From the IMG/VR virus record IMGVR_UViG_3300030708_000696, positions 1 through 29,447 of that record: DNA of 29,447 nucleotides; one strand, written 5' to 3'. The DNA is from a virus. Its lineage: Duplodnaviria > Caudoviricetes. The translations under genes were made by a program, and so were the position numbers. Below the pieces are notes generated by a model. The model saw only the letters and a program-made list of their open reading frames with translations, was not told where the DNA came from and searched no databases. Each line of letters starts with the position of its first letter. The stretch's first letter is position 1. This document shows positions 19,401 to 25,925 of this stretch, one piece after another.

Positions 19401-22400
19401 CTTATTTTGTGTGTCATAAATTCTTTTAACCTCACCAAGGGCATAACTGTATAGATAATCTTCTGCAGTTTTAAATATACCAACAACTTTATTGTCTTCT
19501 ATTTTAATCTGGTCTTTAAAATCTACTTTTCTATGTTCTATAAGCTCTGATACACCACGGTCAGCCTTAGTTACACCAAAGAAATATCCTACACTTTTGT
19601 TTTGGTTTTGGAACAACCACATAGAGTTTATATTCTGCTGTAGTATACCCTGATATTTTCTTTTAGCTGCTCTAGATTCATTACCATACTTATCTTTTAA
19701 AGCATCAGTATAGTTTATTTTTAGGGCACCTTTTTCTTGTGTAATGTCATCTAGTAATCTACTAACAGATCCCATGTGGGTAGCTTTAATATTATCTACT
19801 AGATTTTTTGCTACTACATCATTATCATAGTTTTCGTAAAGTTTTAATAAAACATGCATAGATGTTGTACCGTTATACGGGTATACCGCTTTACCTTCAC
19901 CATCTCTATAAGATATAGCATATATAGGATCACCAAACTTAGCAGTAAGCTCTGCTAATTTTAGTACTACTGCTTGGAAGTTACTTCCTTTTAGTGCATT
20001 GTTTGCAAATAAAGGTTTTGCATTTTCTTGCACTTCAGGATCATATTTTATGTCTTCTAGTTTAGGAACGTTTGTTGTATATCCTTTAAATATACGAGTC
20101 ATAAAACCTTTAGGACTTCTAGGGTCTACAGCATATCCCCATGCTTGCCCTAGTATATCATCTCCTATTGTTTTATTACTACGTTCGATAGGTGTAGCTA
20201 AATGTTCAAATGCTTCTACAGGGACAACAATAGACAATTTAGTCAGTGTATTATGTAACAGCTGCGCTAACTCATCAGACTGTAACATATTTTCTCTTCT
20301 ACCTTTATAAGAATCTTTTATCTTATTAAACTCTTCTTTATAGTCTGTTTCTACTTTTTTAGCATACTCAGAATCTATATAGGCCTCACCATCTTTAGAG
20401 AATTTTACTAAGTTTGGATTTTCAAACTGTTGTATTAACCATCTATCTCTAACAGTGCTACTTTCTTTATTAGCGGCAGAGTCTATTATTTCTCCAGAAA
20501 AGTTACCTGCATTATCTTTAGAAAAGATTGTCATCTTTTGTGCTATATATGCATTAGCAAACTCTGCTACAAACTCGCTTCGTTCTTGTTCAGAAAATCT
20601 ATCAGATCTTATGTATCTAGCTATTTCTTTAAACATAGGGTTTATTGCCCCTTTAGCATCCATTTGCTCTAACATAGAATCTATATTAGGCAAAGACTCG
20701 GTAAGTATACCTTTTAAATTACCCCAAACTTCATCAAAACTATAAAATGTAGGCTGCTCTAAGTAGTTTAGTACAGGCTCGCCTTTACTGTTTCTACGTA
20801 GTATTGCAGATAGCTTTGTCTTCATTCTTGCAGAGGCTTTCTTTTTAGGATTAGATTGCCATCTTGCTTCATCTTTAAAACTATCTTTTTCTAAATCTTT
20901 TTTATCTCTAGATTTACCTTCTTTTATATTGTGTACAGAATTTAACTGTTCTTTGGTAAGAGCTGTAACTTTTTCCCAGTTTTGCAGTATTGTATCTATA
21001 TCTCTTTTTATTACATCTGACTTGTTTTCAAAATCTTCATTATTTTTTGCGCTTACAAATACTTGTCTAGCCGCTTCTATAGATTCGTTTACACTTATGT
21101 CAGGATTATTTATAAAAGACTTTGTTACAAAATATGTGGTAAAATCTAGTATTTGTTTTTGTCTAGAATAATCTATAGAATTAAAATCAATAAAGAAAGG
21201 GTCTAATCTATTGTAGAACTTTTCAGTTTCTTCAAACGGTAATTCTGGTTGTCCTGCTACAGGTTCTATACTAAAATCTATAGAATAGTCTGCATCATCT
21301 ATTAAGTCTTGGAATAGACTTCCTAGCTTATTTGGCTTCTTAGAATCTTTTTCACGTAGAAGGGTAGAAAATTGTTTGTCATCTACTAAAGATCTTATTT
21401 CTCCTTTAGGGTCTACATATAACTCTTCCTCTTTTAGAAATTCTCGAGCTACGAGTTCAATTTTCTCTGCTGTATTTTCATTTGTTAAATTATAAATTGC
21501 TTTTATTATATCATTAAAAAGCATTTTTTTAGAAGGATATGCACCTAAATCTGCGATTTTAGCTAATGTAGAACCTAAAAATTGTTCTTCTACAGTAGCT
21601 AATGTGAAGATTTTGTTAGCAATAAACTCAAAGTTACCTGGTTTAGCGGCGCCCATAACATCACGATTAATTAACTTAGGTAATTTACCTTTTAGGTAAT
21701 CCTCTATTTCAGTTATAGACATTACCTGATTCGGCTTGACAGATTCTTTTTTAGCCGTGAAGTCTTTACTGAACTGGATTACAGGCTGGTTAACATACAC
21801 ATATTCTTGCTGCCCATCAGCACCTGTAAAGCTATTAGTACCATTAATATTTGTTTGTACTAAATCAAAAGCATAGCTGTTATAGTTATCGTACTTTTTA
21901 CTATCGTACTGCACTCCTTTTTCGTTAGAAGATATAATAGCGTTTACATATTGGCCATCTGTGTTAGCTTTCTTAATGTTTATAGATGGTAACAATGTCT
22001 GCAGTATTTTTCTAACGGCAGGTTCATTACCAGCTATTGGTTGTATACTAGATTTTGTTTCTACTAAATTCTTAGGTACTGCATCAGGTTTGTTTGTATA
22101 AATAACACGATTACCCTCTGTAGCAATCATTATCATGTTGTTATTAGGGTTTGCATCTATGTAAACTGTTTCACTAGGTTTACTAGGATCAAACTCAAAT
22201 CTTTGTGTGTATACTGTTCTATTAATTAGTGTAGATAGAGCTGCAGGATTAGATTTACTAAAATTAAATCCTAAATCGTTTGATATTTTTTTAGATATTT
22301 CAGAATCTTCTAAAGCTGTAGATGCATTTATAATAGTTTCTATTTGCTCATTATTTAATGGCTTAGTCCACAAAGGAGCTACAAATACCTCATCTTTCTT

Positions 22401-25400
22401 TTTAGTAGGTAACACTAATGCTATTCTACCATCGCTGTATTCTTTATCGTTATTAGATATGAATTCTTTTACAGGTTTGTTAGGATTTGTAACCCAATTA
22501 CCTACCTGTCTAAAAGACAATCGTAAATTTTTAAAGTCAGGCATTAATGCTTTTACATCTTGCCATTCTGTTTCTCCTGTAGGATTACCTTGTTCATCTA
22601 CTATAACATTTAAGAAAGGTGTACCTGTAGATACTTCTGATATAGTAGTTGTAACTTCACCGCCTTTATCTATAATATCTTTTCTTAAGGCACGTATTTC
22701 TGCTTTTTGATAACTCCAATTATCAAAGCTTTCTTTTATATCTTTTATTTCTCGTACAACATTACGCGGTTGCCCTGTAACTAAAGCCGCATCTATCCAA
22801 TCAGTGTCATGTACATAGCCAATAACTTTTTCTTGGCCTTGTACTTGTGCTACAATTTCTATAGGTATTTGTTCAGAGTTTATTTGTCCTCCAGGTTTTA
22901 TAAAGTCAGAGTATTTCCAAGTAACTTCTTTAGGCATACCCTGCTCATCATAAATATATCGTAAACCTTTAGATCCTTCTTTTACTGTTCTTAAAGTTAT
23001 AGCAGTGCCTGGTCCTAAATGATTAGGAGATTCTATTTCAGGCACTAATGTTTTAGTTTTATCTTTAGACGCTGTTTGTCTAATAAACTTTGTACCTTCA
23101 GGAGTGTTAATTAATTTAGACACATAATCTACTGCTAAATACGCAATAGCATTTGCACCATCTATAATTTGTTTTGTAGCAATCTTTATTCTGGAATCAG
23201 GTTTATTAGTTAAAGAGTTTTTAGTTTCTCTAGTTAACTGTTTTTTATCCTGCTCTTCTGTAGTAGAATCTTGACGCTCGAACGGGATAGAACCATCTTT
23301 ATTCTTATCGTAGTTAAAGTTTTTAACCTGTCTATCTCCTGCAGCGCTTTCGCCAATACTTTTATTATCAGAGCTAGCATTTGCTACTTCTACTGTATTT
23401 GCAGTTTGCTCGGCGTTAATTTGCTTTGCAACTTCTTTGTTATTTTCTTTTGCTTGTATACCATCTTGTAATCTTGCTAACTGCTCTTCAGATAATTGCC
23501 CTTCAAGCATCATTTGATACGCTCTCATAGACTCAACATCACCTTCAAGTATTTTATCTAACTGATCATTTATTGAGGCTTCTGCTTCTAACTTAACTTC
23601 AGCAGGAGCTTCTTGGCTTTGGTCTAATATTTCATCTAATGTAGCCTTACTGGTTTCTTTGTTTTTTATATTTTCTTTAGTGCTACCTTCGCCTTCTACT
23701 TTATCAGATACATTTTGCTGTTTTTTAGCATTAACTCTTGTTTTTTGTTTTTCAGCTTTCTCTTCTGCTTTTTGTTTTTTAATATTTTCTTTTCTAGCCT
23801 TTTCTATTTTGTCAGCTTTGCTTCTAATATTTTTAGCTTCATTATTTAATGCATCAGGATCTTCTAAAAAGTTAGAGTATCTATCTACTTCTGTAGCATA
23901 CCTAGACTTAGCATCTATAACAGATTCTTCTGCTACTGCTTGATTATATAGAGGTGTACCTGGTTTAAATGCTTTTACTAATGCTGATGTTATTTGCTCA
24001 TCGGTTAAACCTGATGTATCTTTTAAAATATTTATAGCCTCTTCTTGCGATAAGATTGCTTCGTCTAATTGTTTTTGTACTACATCTAAACGATTCTGCA
24101 TATCTGCAGCAGTCTCGCCTTTATCTAAAGTTCTTTCTTTGTTGTTTTTAATCGCAGCTGTAGCCTCATTTATATCTGAAGTAATTTTATCTACAGATGC
24201 ACGTAATGCTTCTATTTTACTAGTAGCGTCAAATACATTTACCATCTCTGCAGGTAATCCTTGGGCATTTATATAAGATGCAGACTCAGATTTTGCTTCT
24301 GCTAATTTACCTTCGTTTTCTTCTATAAGACCGTTAAGATAATTTTGTACATATTTACTACGAGTTAGTATTTCTGCTTTTACAGGATCTTTGTATGTAA
24401 ATATATTTGCATTGTAATCTGCTTCATAATCCAAGGCTTTCTTTATAACCTTTTGCGCTTTTTCTTTATAGTCTTCATCTAACCCTCTGTCGTTTGCTTG
24501 TTCAGGAGTTAAGTTTGCTATATCTTCAAAGTGTTTTATCATACTTTCGTATGTTCCTTTTTGCGCATTAGATCTAAAAGTTTCAAAGAGTGACTGTTCG
24601 TTTAAATTTCTATACTTAGCCATGTCATTTGCAAATGCTGCATTGACTTTCTCTTGTTCTAATTGTACTTTTCTTGCTTTATTATCTGCAAATGCTAAAG
24701 AGTATCCTGTAAAGATACCACCACCAATAGCACCAGATAAACCTTCTGTATAGCCTTCATAAGACAGCGCATGGTTAGCCCATCGATCAAACATAGTAGT
24801 GTAATCTTGTTTGTAGTATCCTTTTTCAAGTCCTACTTGACGTCTACCTTCCTTCTCTAAAAATCCTGTCCATACTTCTTCACCTGCTTCTTGCGTAGGT
24901 TCAAATACAGCCATACCTGCACGTTGCATGGTTGCTCTTCTACCCCCACCAGCTATACCTTGTAAAGATCTAGTTGTTGCAGGACTTCTAAATAACATAT
25001 AGTTTGTAGGTATCTCAAATAGTAAATTCCATCTACCCATTTTAACTACATTAGATGCATCATGTCCTGCTTTTATTCTTGCTTTTAAATCAATTTCTTC
25101 TTCTGTAGCTTGAGGATCTTGTTCTGCAAAAATTAGTTTATATTCTTTGTAATTTTCTTGGAAAACAGATGCGGCAGAATGCATATGTTCTGCATAATTT
25201 TGTGTAACTCCTGTACCAATTGCAGATGTACCTCTACTAATTCTTTCTATATTACGTGCTTGATTAGCAATTTGAGCTGAAGTTTGTACCGAAGCATTAG
25301 TTGCTGCTCCTCTTGTAAGTAGGCCTGTTACACCTGCACCTAAAACTCTACCTGCTACCATACCATATGGATAGTAACCTAAAGATCTAATTATTTGGTC

Positions 25401-25898
25401 TCCGTTTTTTACCCACCATCCTGCTTGGAATACAGATGGTTCGTCTTCTATGTCTCCTGTAAATACAGGAAAAGCGTCGTCAACTCTTTTTTCGTATTCT
25501 TTTAACCACTCGTTAAAAGAGTTTGTAAAGTCTTCATCTCCTTCAGCTACTTCTCCAAATACATTGTTTGCTATATAGTCTACACCATATCCAATAGGCT
25601 CTAAAAAAGCAGCAGGAGCTTTAGCTAAACCTCTAGCAAAAACATTAAACCCTCTATCAAAACCTGATTGGCTTTGACCCAAGAGTTTGTCCATGTCTGC
25701 ATATAAACTAGGGGATAATCCTTCGCGTGTGAAGTTATCTAACTGATCTTGGCTGTACACATTTTGTATCTGTGCTGTTTGATCAGAGAATTTTATTTTC
25801 GCTTCAAGCAATGCTTTTTCCACATTACTCATTTCTTCAAATTGTCGGTTGTAGCTCTCAGCTATTACTCTTTTTGCCGACTTATCAGGTTGTAGCAT
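10443..25898 (-). CDS. Giant 5151-aa virion cargo protein containing a single-subunit two-barrel DNA-dependent RNA polymerase and a zincin-like metallopeptidase domain
   Basis: GYRIPYQ (R2808) followed by QMGSDFDVD (D2847-D2851). Upstream STDA, PVKPQY and YRKSMSIPL; downstream AAIDNANKP. These match crAss-like virion RNAPs such as phi14:2 gp66. HEATH at residue 3740 with a downstream NVVEL.A. N-terminal Gly/Ala hydrophobic helices and coiled coils. Confidence 0.88.
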   Translation of the reverse strand: MLQPDKSAKRVIAESYNRQFEEMSNVEKALLEAKIKFSDQTAQIQNVYSQDQLDNFTREGLSPSLYADMDKLLGQSQSGFDRGFNVFARGLAKAPAAFLEPIGYGVDYIANNVFGEVAEGDEDFTNSFNEWLKEYEKRVDDAFPVFTGDIEDEPSVFQAGWWVKNGDQIIRSLGYYPYGMVAGRVLGAGVTGLLTRGAATNASVQTSAQIANQARNIERISRGTSAIGTGVTQNYAEHMHSAASVFQENYKEYKLIFAEQDPQATEEEIDLKARIKAGHDASNVVKMGRWNLLFEIPTNYMLFRSPATTRSLQGIAGGGRRATMQRAGMAVFEPTQEAGEEVWTGFLEKEGRRQVGLEKGYYKQDYTTMFDRWANHALSYEGYTEGLSGAIGGGIFTGYSLAFADNKARKVQLEQEKVNAAFANDMAKYRNLNEQSLFETFRSNAQKGTYESMIKHFEDIANLTPEQANDRGLDEDYKEKAQKVIKKALDYEADYNANIFTYKDPVKAEILTRSKYVQNYLNGLIEENEGKLAEAKSESASYINAQGLPAEMVNVFDATSKIEALRASVDKITSDINEATAAIKNNKERTLDKGETAADMQNRLDVVQKQLDEAILSQEEAINILKDTSGLTDEQITSALVKAFKPGTPLYNQAVAEESVIDAKSRYATEVDRYSNFLEDPDALNNEAKNIRSKADKIEKARKENIKKQKAEEKAEKQKTRVNAKKQQNVSDKVEGEGSTKENIKNKETSKATLDEILDQSQEAPAEVKLEAEASINDQLDKILEGDVESMRAYQMMLEGQLSEEQLARLQDGIQAKENNKEVAKQINAEQTANTVEVANASSDNKSIGESAAGDRQVKNFNYDKNKDGSIPFERQDSTTEEQDKKQLTRETKNSLTNKPDSRIKIATKQIIDGANAIAYLAVDYVSKLINTPEGTKFIRQTASKDKTKTLVPEIESPNHLGPGTAITLRTVKEGSKGLRYIYDEQGMPKEVTWKYSDFIKPGGQINSEQIPIEIVAQVQGQEKVIGYVHDTDWIDAALVTGQPRNVVREIKDIKESFDNWSYQKAEIRALRKDIIDKGGEVTTTISEVSTGTPFLNVIVDEQGNPTGETEWQDVKALMPDFKNLRLSFRQVGNWVTNPNKPVKEFISNNDKEYSDGRIALVLPTKKKDEVFVAPLWTKPLNNEQIETIINASTALEDSEISKKISNDLGFNFSKSNPAALSTLINRTVYTQRFEFDPSKPSETVYIDANPNNNMIMIATEGNRVIYTNKPDAVPKNLVETKSSIQPIAGNEPAVRKILQTLLPSINIKKANTDGQYVNAIISSNEKGVQYDSKKYDNYNSYAFDLVQTNINGTNSFTGADGQQEYVYVNQPVIQFSKDFTAKKESVKPNQVMSITEIEDYLKGKLPKLINRDVMGAAKPGNFEFIANKIFTLATVEEQFLGSTLAKIADLGAYPSKKMLFNDIIKAIYNLTNENTAEKIELVAREFLKEEELYVDPKGEIRSLVDDKQFSTLLREKDSKKPNKLGSLFQDLIDDADYSIDFSIEPVAGQPELPFEETEKFYNRLDPFFIDFNSIDYSRQKQILDFTTYFVTKSFINNPDISVNESIEAARQVFVSAKNNEDFENKSDVIKRDIDTILQNWEKVTALTKEQLNSVHNIKEGKSRDKKDLEKDSFKDEARWQSNPKKKASARMKTKLSAILRRNSKGEPVLNYLEQPTFYSFDEVWGNLKGILTESLPNIDSMLEQMDAKGAINPMFKEIARYIRSDRFSEQERSEFVAEFANAYIAQKMTIFSKDNAGNFSGEIIDSAANKESSTVRDRWLIQQFENPNLVKFSKDGEAYIDSEYAKKVETDYKEEFNKIKDSYKGRRENMLQSDELAQLLHNTLTKLSIVVPVEAFEHLATPIERSNKTIGDDILGQAWGYAVDPRSPKGFMTRIFKGYTTNVPKLEDIKYDPEVQENAKPLFANNALKGSNFQAVVLKLAELTAKFGDPIYAISYRDGEGKAVYPYNGTTSMHVLLKLYENYDNDVVAKNLVDNIKATHMGSVSRLLDDITQEKGALKINYTDALKDKYGNESRAAKRKYQGILQQNINSMWLFQNQNKSVGYFFGVTKADRGVSELIEHRKVDFKDQIKIEDNKVVGIFKTAEDYLYSYALGEVKRIYDTQNKLDSDPTYLQDDKKYREGSQYFHFFPFLNKHELEKSFTEEEVNTVYPAESFDGIPKIDIVAAEPILRKAINEFATSIINESIAEFTELNLTDKFDKSYMASLGKDTNAETKTAMAIGDLELNYIISNIEQQILFGGDIAEAYTSKGATAADKIQSGRSNNQKRLIGTDAPKIQGNYKKREYTAITLNDRLSYSNSYKYYDKLFGTGSPYGSPTNKIIESTDALELTTVQEHIDMLNFFGQIEKEVYDSISNKIDNAIKDESNTNNYYELTEEEMAFALRPVKPQYDFMHPDPKTGRLSRVYRKSMSIPLLPDMTSDFQLDNLRIAMEITGVARAGHKTSDKLSPYKSIDAYDANGDILSVDQLISNIEDNGIFTLYRDGLGIQQEKNVKPQQLIALSTQKSKVMFAGLLEEKFKVNGKEILGEDLRKTKEEIISLIYKIKHDKVLKRFGNIQTEEGKEILAVDGTEVQLKELVSALKQEAEARNWNINDIFSLELKEDGSGTLIPLPFIQSRRMLEGLMLSVVNKIADIKIPGITYVQSSSAGFKSTAAWSEVEGSMRNQVITTTSFDETKGLQGPRWDDKKGEAIPGQIMVKFFYKDEDGNELDIMDKDSSGNYIFLFEKNGRLFLNPNTVPKEVRQMIGYRIPYQNLASEMPLEIVGFLPKNMEITAIVPDEMLPQMGSDFDVDTLNSIIAQYIVTKDTNNNIKGVYRRDRVKNPNKFTDEMRLLDGLRDIFWSITTTNKKAFDKMSKGIDDPALENIAEDVDKILNANVRPRTAISRVDQIRDNISQRAGQVLIGPGAQANTLNAIFEGKNIHLATLKKSGKKTTIKNFEILGLFTEETYASGPRKGQYKPLRFSDLSGENKSVYYKKGKKFFRTSSDVINIKLNAAIDNANKPTLGKLNFTMDTLPTSLFMDMGGVPIEISGYMMPQEIMRDYTKELDKIVQGLSDKNVFERKSEAEKIIMEKYQKLAKLEDINEVEAIVQEYSDQTNENFEVLFQSKTLRKELIIGAPNSGIEKDAKYYQKQIAIFKKFKKFEAFSDTLNKPRKAINDPSVRGLQSTIASAKSYIKRFNDVFNMGEMDFVKGVNTLNSGITGLKSLANTEYANLAKYLESGFTLFNNVYPTDTPFIRDIEETFINNTGSTEVNETVAGLLYDGIISNGWSYALEQVFIKERKEANSLYELRRKLFVEDNNIAVQTSEAQKTEWGKTNEFVMALTPYYSTNKNKGKAAVGMDWSSNIDNIAMQRGFTALFLGNAEAQEFAKNLLIAAYLNGGNQKASSYLNMIPFGALENLGLTKELSDNMFREEGITSVMSYLTQVIQHNPWYATEINIKDKKIRKHVTVQEDNKVITGLVLPNIDEAKDLPALENFMYLADGKAYYKNFLTYPVGKTYYLFTLESSVDKGIYFKRIDLKGDKFGTEYDHTGNTFSYLEDNKVIKTVKDPIPDGVPPVGVPWHEVPIEAYEDTPGMTVTDPIEDYNNRKDNYDNQLDALMDTIINDGEEGAAELARLFKAKGIYKSLPFKGVEVLDKIRRTNRGIILGSYSNPTQKIEIYQGSLDLVKATPSRVAKTMLHEATHYFTNPALKGEDTSPAAKRFKRSMEALLEKAKKEFESSEEYQKARTQREKDRKKRIAYGLSNVVELMAGMVENKHLQEFLNNIPYQKDSTLFEKIKNTVKKYFLALGKQLGFDIKEGSALDVGISEMLMFLQIQDETVQDPIPEPRTPEKDTGELAGIIGGATMVLDSKGMPTGEVIVNGPQATPTDKLQDAKFKGVAEVAEFESVLAVAMSRLAGYRQLQSKGTTQEIAEAFKKKYNGDIEAFKKDVEQEIIETGQADFSIVSDTMDMPVNAQGEIAEVVQSINGRIKALQRRKTLATSVEKRIYLDSQIDSLKDDIEKLKEGNNTYVIEDVALRQLDWAKNILERPRLSLQEMADASRMVDIWSFKNTKHLLSEDQAKDKDNPTRKTFEDIGNIASSVELTMAAKMKEWVKNYVEQVSGEPLTDESMSAFLDMQDEGWFRGYFIDPSGFVNPVARAADGALKTVARNAEDSTLNEVTDIQKKFKDLREELSKLNISEDIFLQKDKDGNKTGYFASKFNESYYKDLTKVHSTHKKELERIVGSTRLTVDQIRQERFESFKKLYDTKNSMEEVIDIRFWIKDDHKAGKLKSKEQYIQYLNDTFGESVAQDLIGQAENSLSRYNLEELAHRRKVATDLSEGVIKPAIGLTLQETAEAIHKRWVNKNNPELYLNQRLNTTAINIGYGTAGWKYTITYPRPERTEYFNKEFSIIENNDVLSDFYLFWTDSMARYKSYLPEVAVNEMSENFFPTIQKDLLEEYMNRGAIAALSYLAKDTKLYGALFADETLTLNRESEGLKAELDERGVPVSKVPLRFLGSEDVEIEDRAFDMERVMVMFAGMAMNYKFKSEAEPLIDILMRTVREATKPYLDSRGKKFKRWGSDKNITIKSGPQVIQEALDYAQQSIMYGRSREKISKTSLEMPGNFSKDILSRKRRAEELKKQYDELNDKLVDGTITKAQFNTAAEALEAEFKELNIKAFSFNKLIRGFVSYTQLKGLGWNLSAGIANVGFGMLASSIHAAGEEDYTSKELGKALRIVMASAVNPSASKASAIMKRMNLLFEMREITYGSPAARGDKKFKMLGKLSPMYIQQSTEFIVQGMSAIAKMLNTTVVDLQGNERNLYEAFNKDATWNVEEFGYQKEWDFNNLEATTRNSYTKFRDAAIEMNKKLHGNYDPNSLVKVKSKDFNLLFTIFRTWAFEGFNTRYSKKVWNDQLGRYTKGRYNSIFDVGIVNSSKIMMKLLLKRVTRQSTDSIMSGVEDNLDAINLRKTFAAMKAQITIMALGLMLKGLADDTDDEEALSDPALKALLNILFRVEQDLSYYRNPATFISVFKDPSPALKTITDVTRAFDGTQRYILKDDYRGDHPMYKWGKVFPLTNQIYKWTVITEKDLDTSYGLSDYIEDEYFKDED
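14239..15076. repeat. 16-nt exact direct repeat TCTGGTATAGGGTCTT (14239-14254 and 15061-15076)
   Basis: Read directly. The copies are 822 nt (274 codons) apart, both encode DPIP in frame, and they flank the zincin domain. Confidence 0.85.
14667..14681 (-). other. Zincin HExxH motif (HEATH)
   Basis: Context ILGSYSNPTQKIEIY...TMLHEATHYF...GLSNVVELMA is typical of zincin-like domains in large phage polyvalent proteins. Confidence 0.75.
17346..17360 (-). other. RNA polymerase catalytic DxDxD motif (DFDVD)
   Basis: The reverse complement GACTTTGATGTCGAT encodes DFDVD, starting 39 residues after the R of the RxP motif. Confidence 0.88.
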
Positions 25899-25913
25899 AT
25901 GTAATTATTTTGT

Positions 25914-25921
25914 CAAATATA
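25914..25921 (-). promoter_or_regulatory. Candidate Bacteroidota-type -7 promoter element (TATATTTG)
   Basis: Matches TAnnTTTG in the 27-nt intergenic gap, 15 nt before the giant ORF's ATG. No TTTG -33 element at canonical spacing. Confidence 0.45.
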
Positions 25922-25925
25922 GTGT

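Noticed and set aside
23650-23830. A/T-run-rich stretch resembling a tandem repeat
   Set aside because: It encodes a Lys/Glu/Gln-rich charged linker of the giant protein, with no discrete repeat unit.
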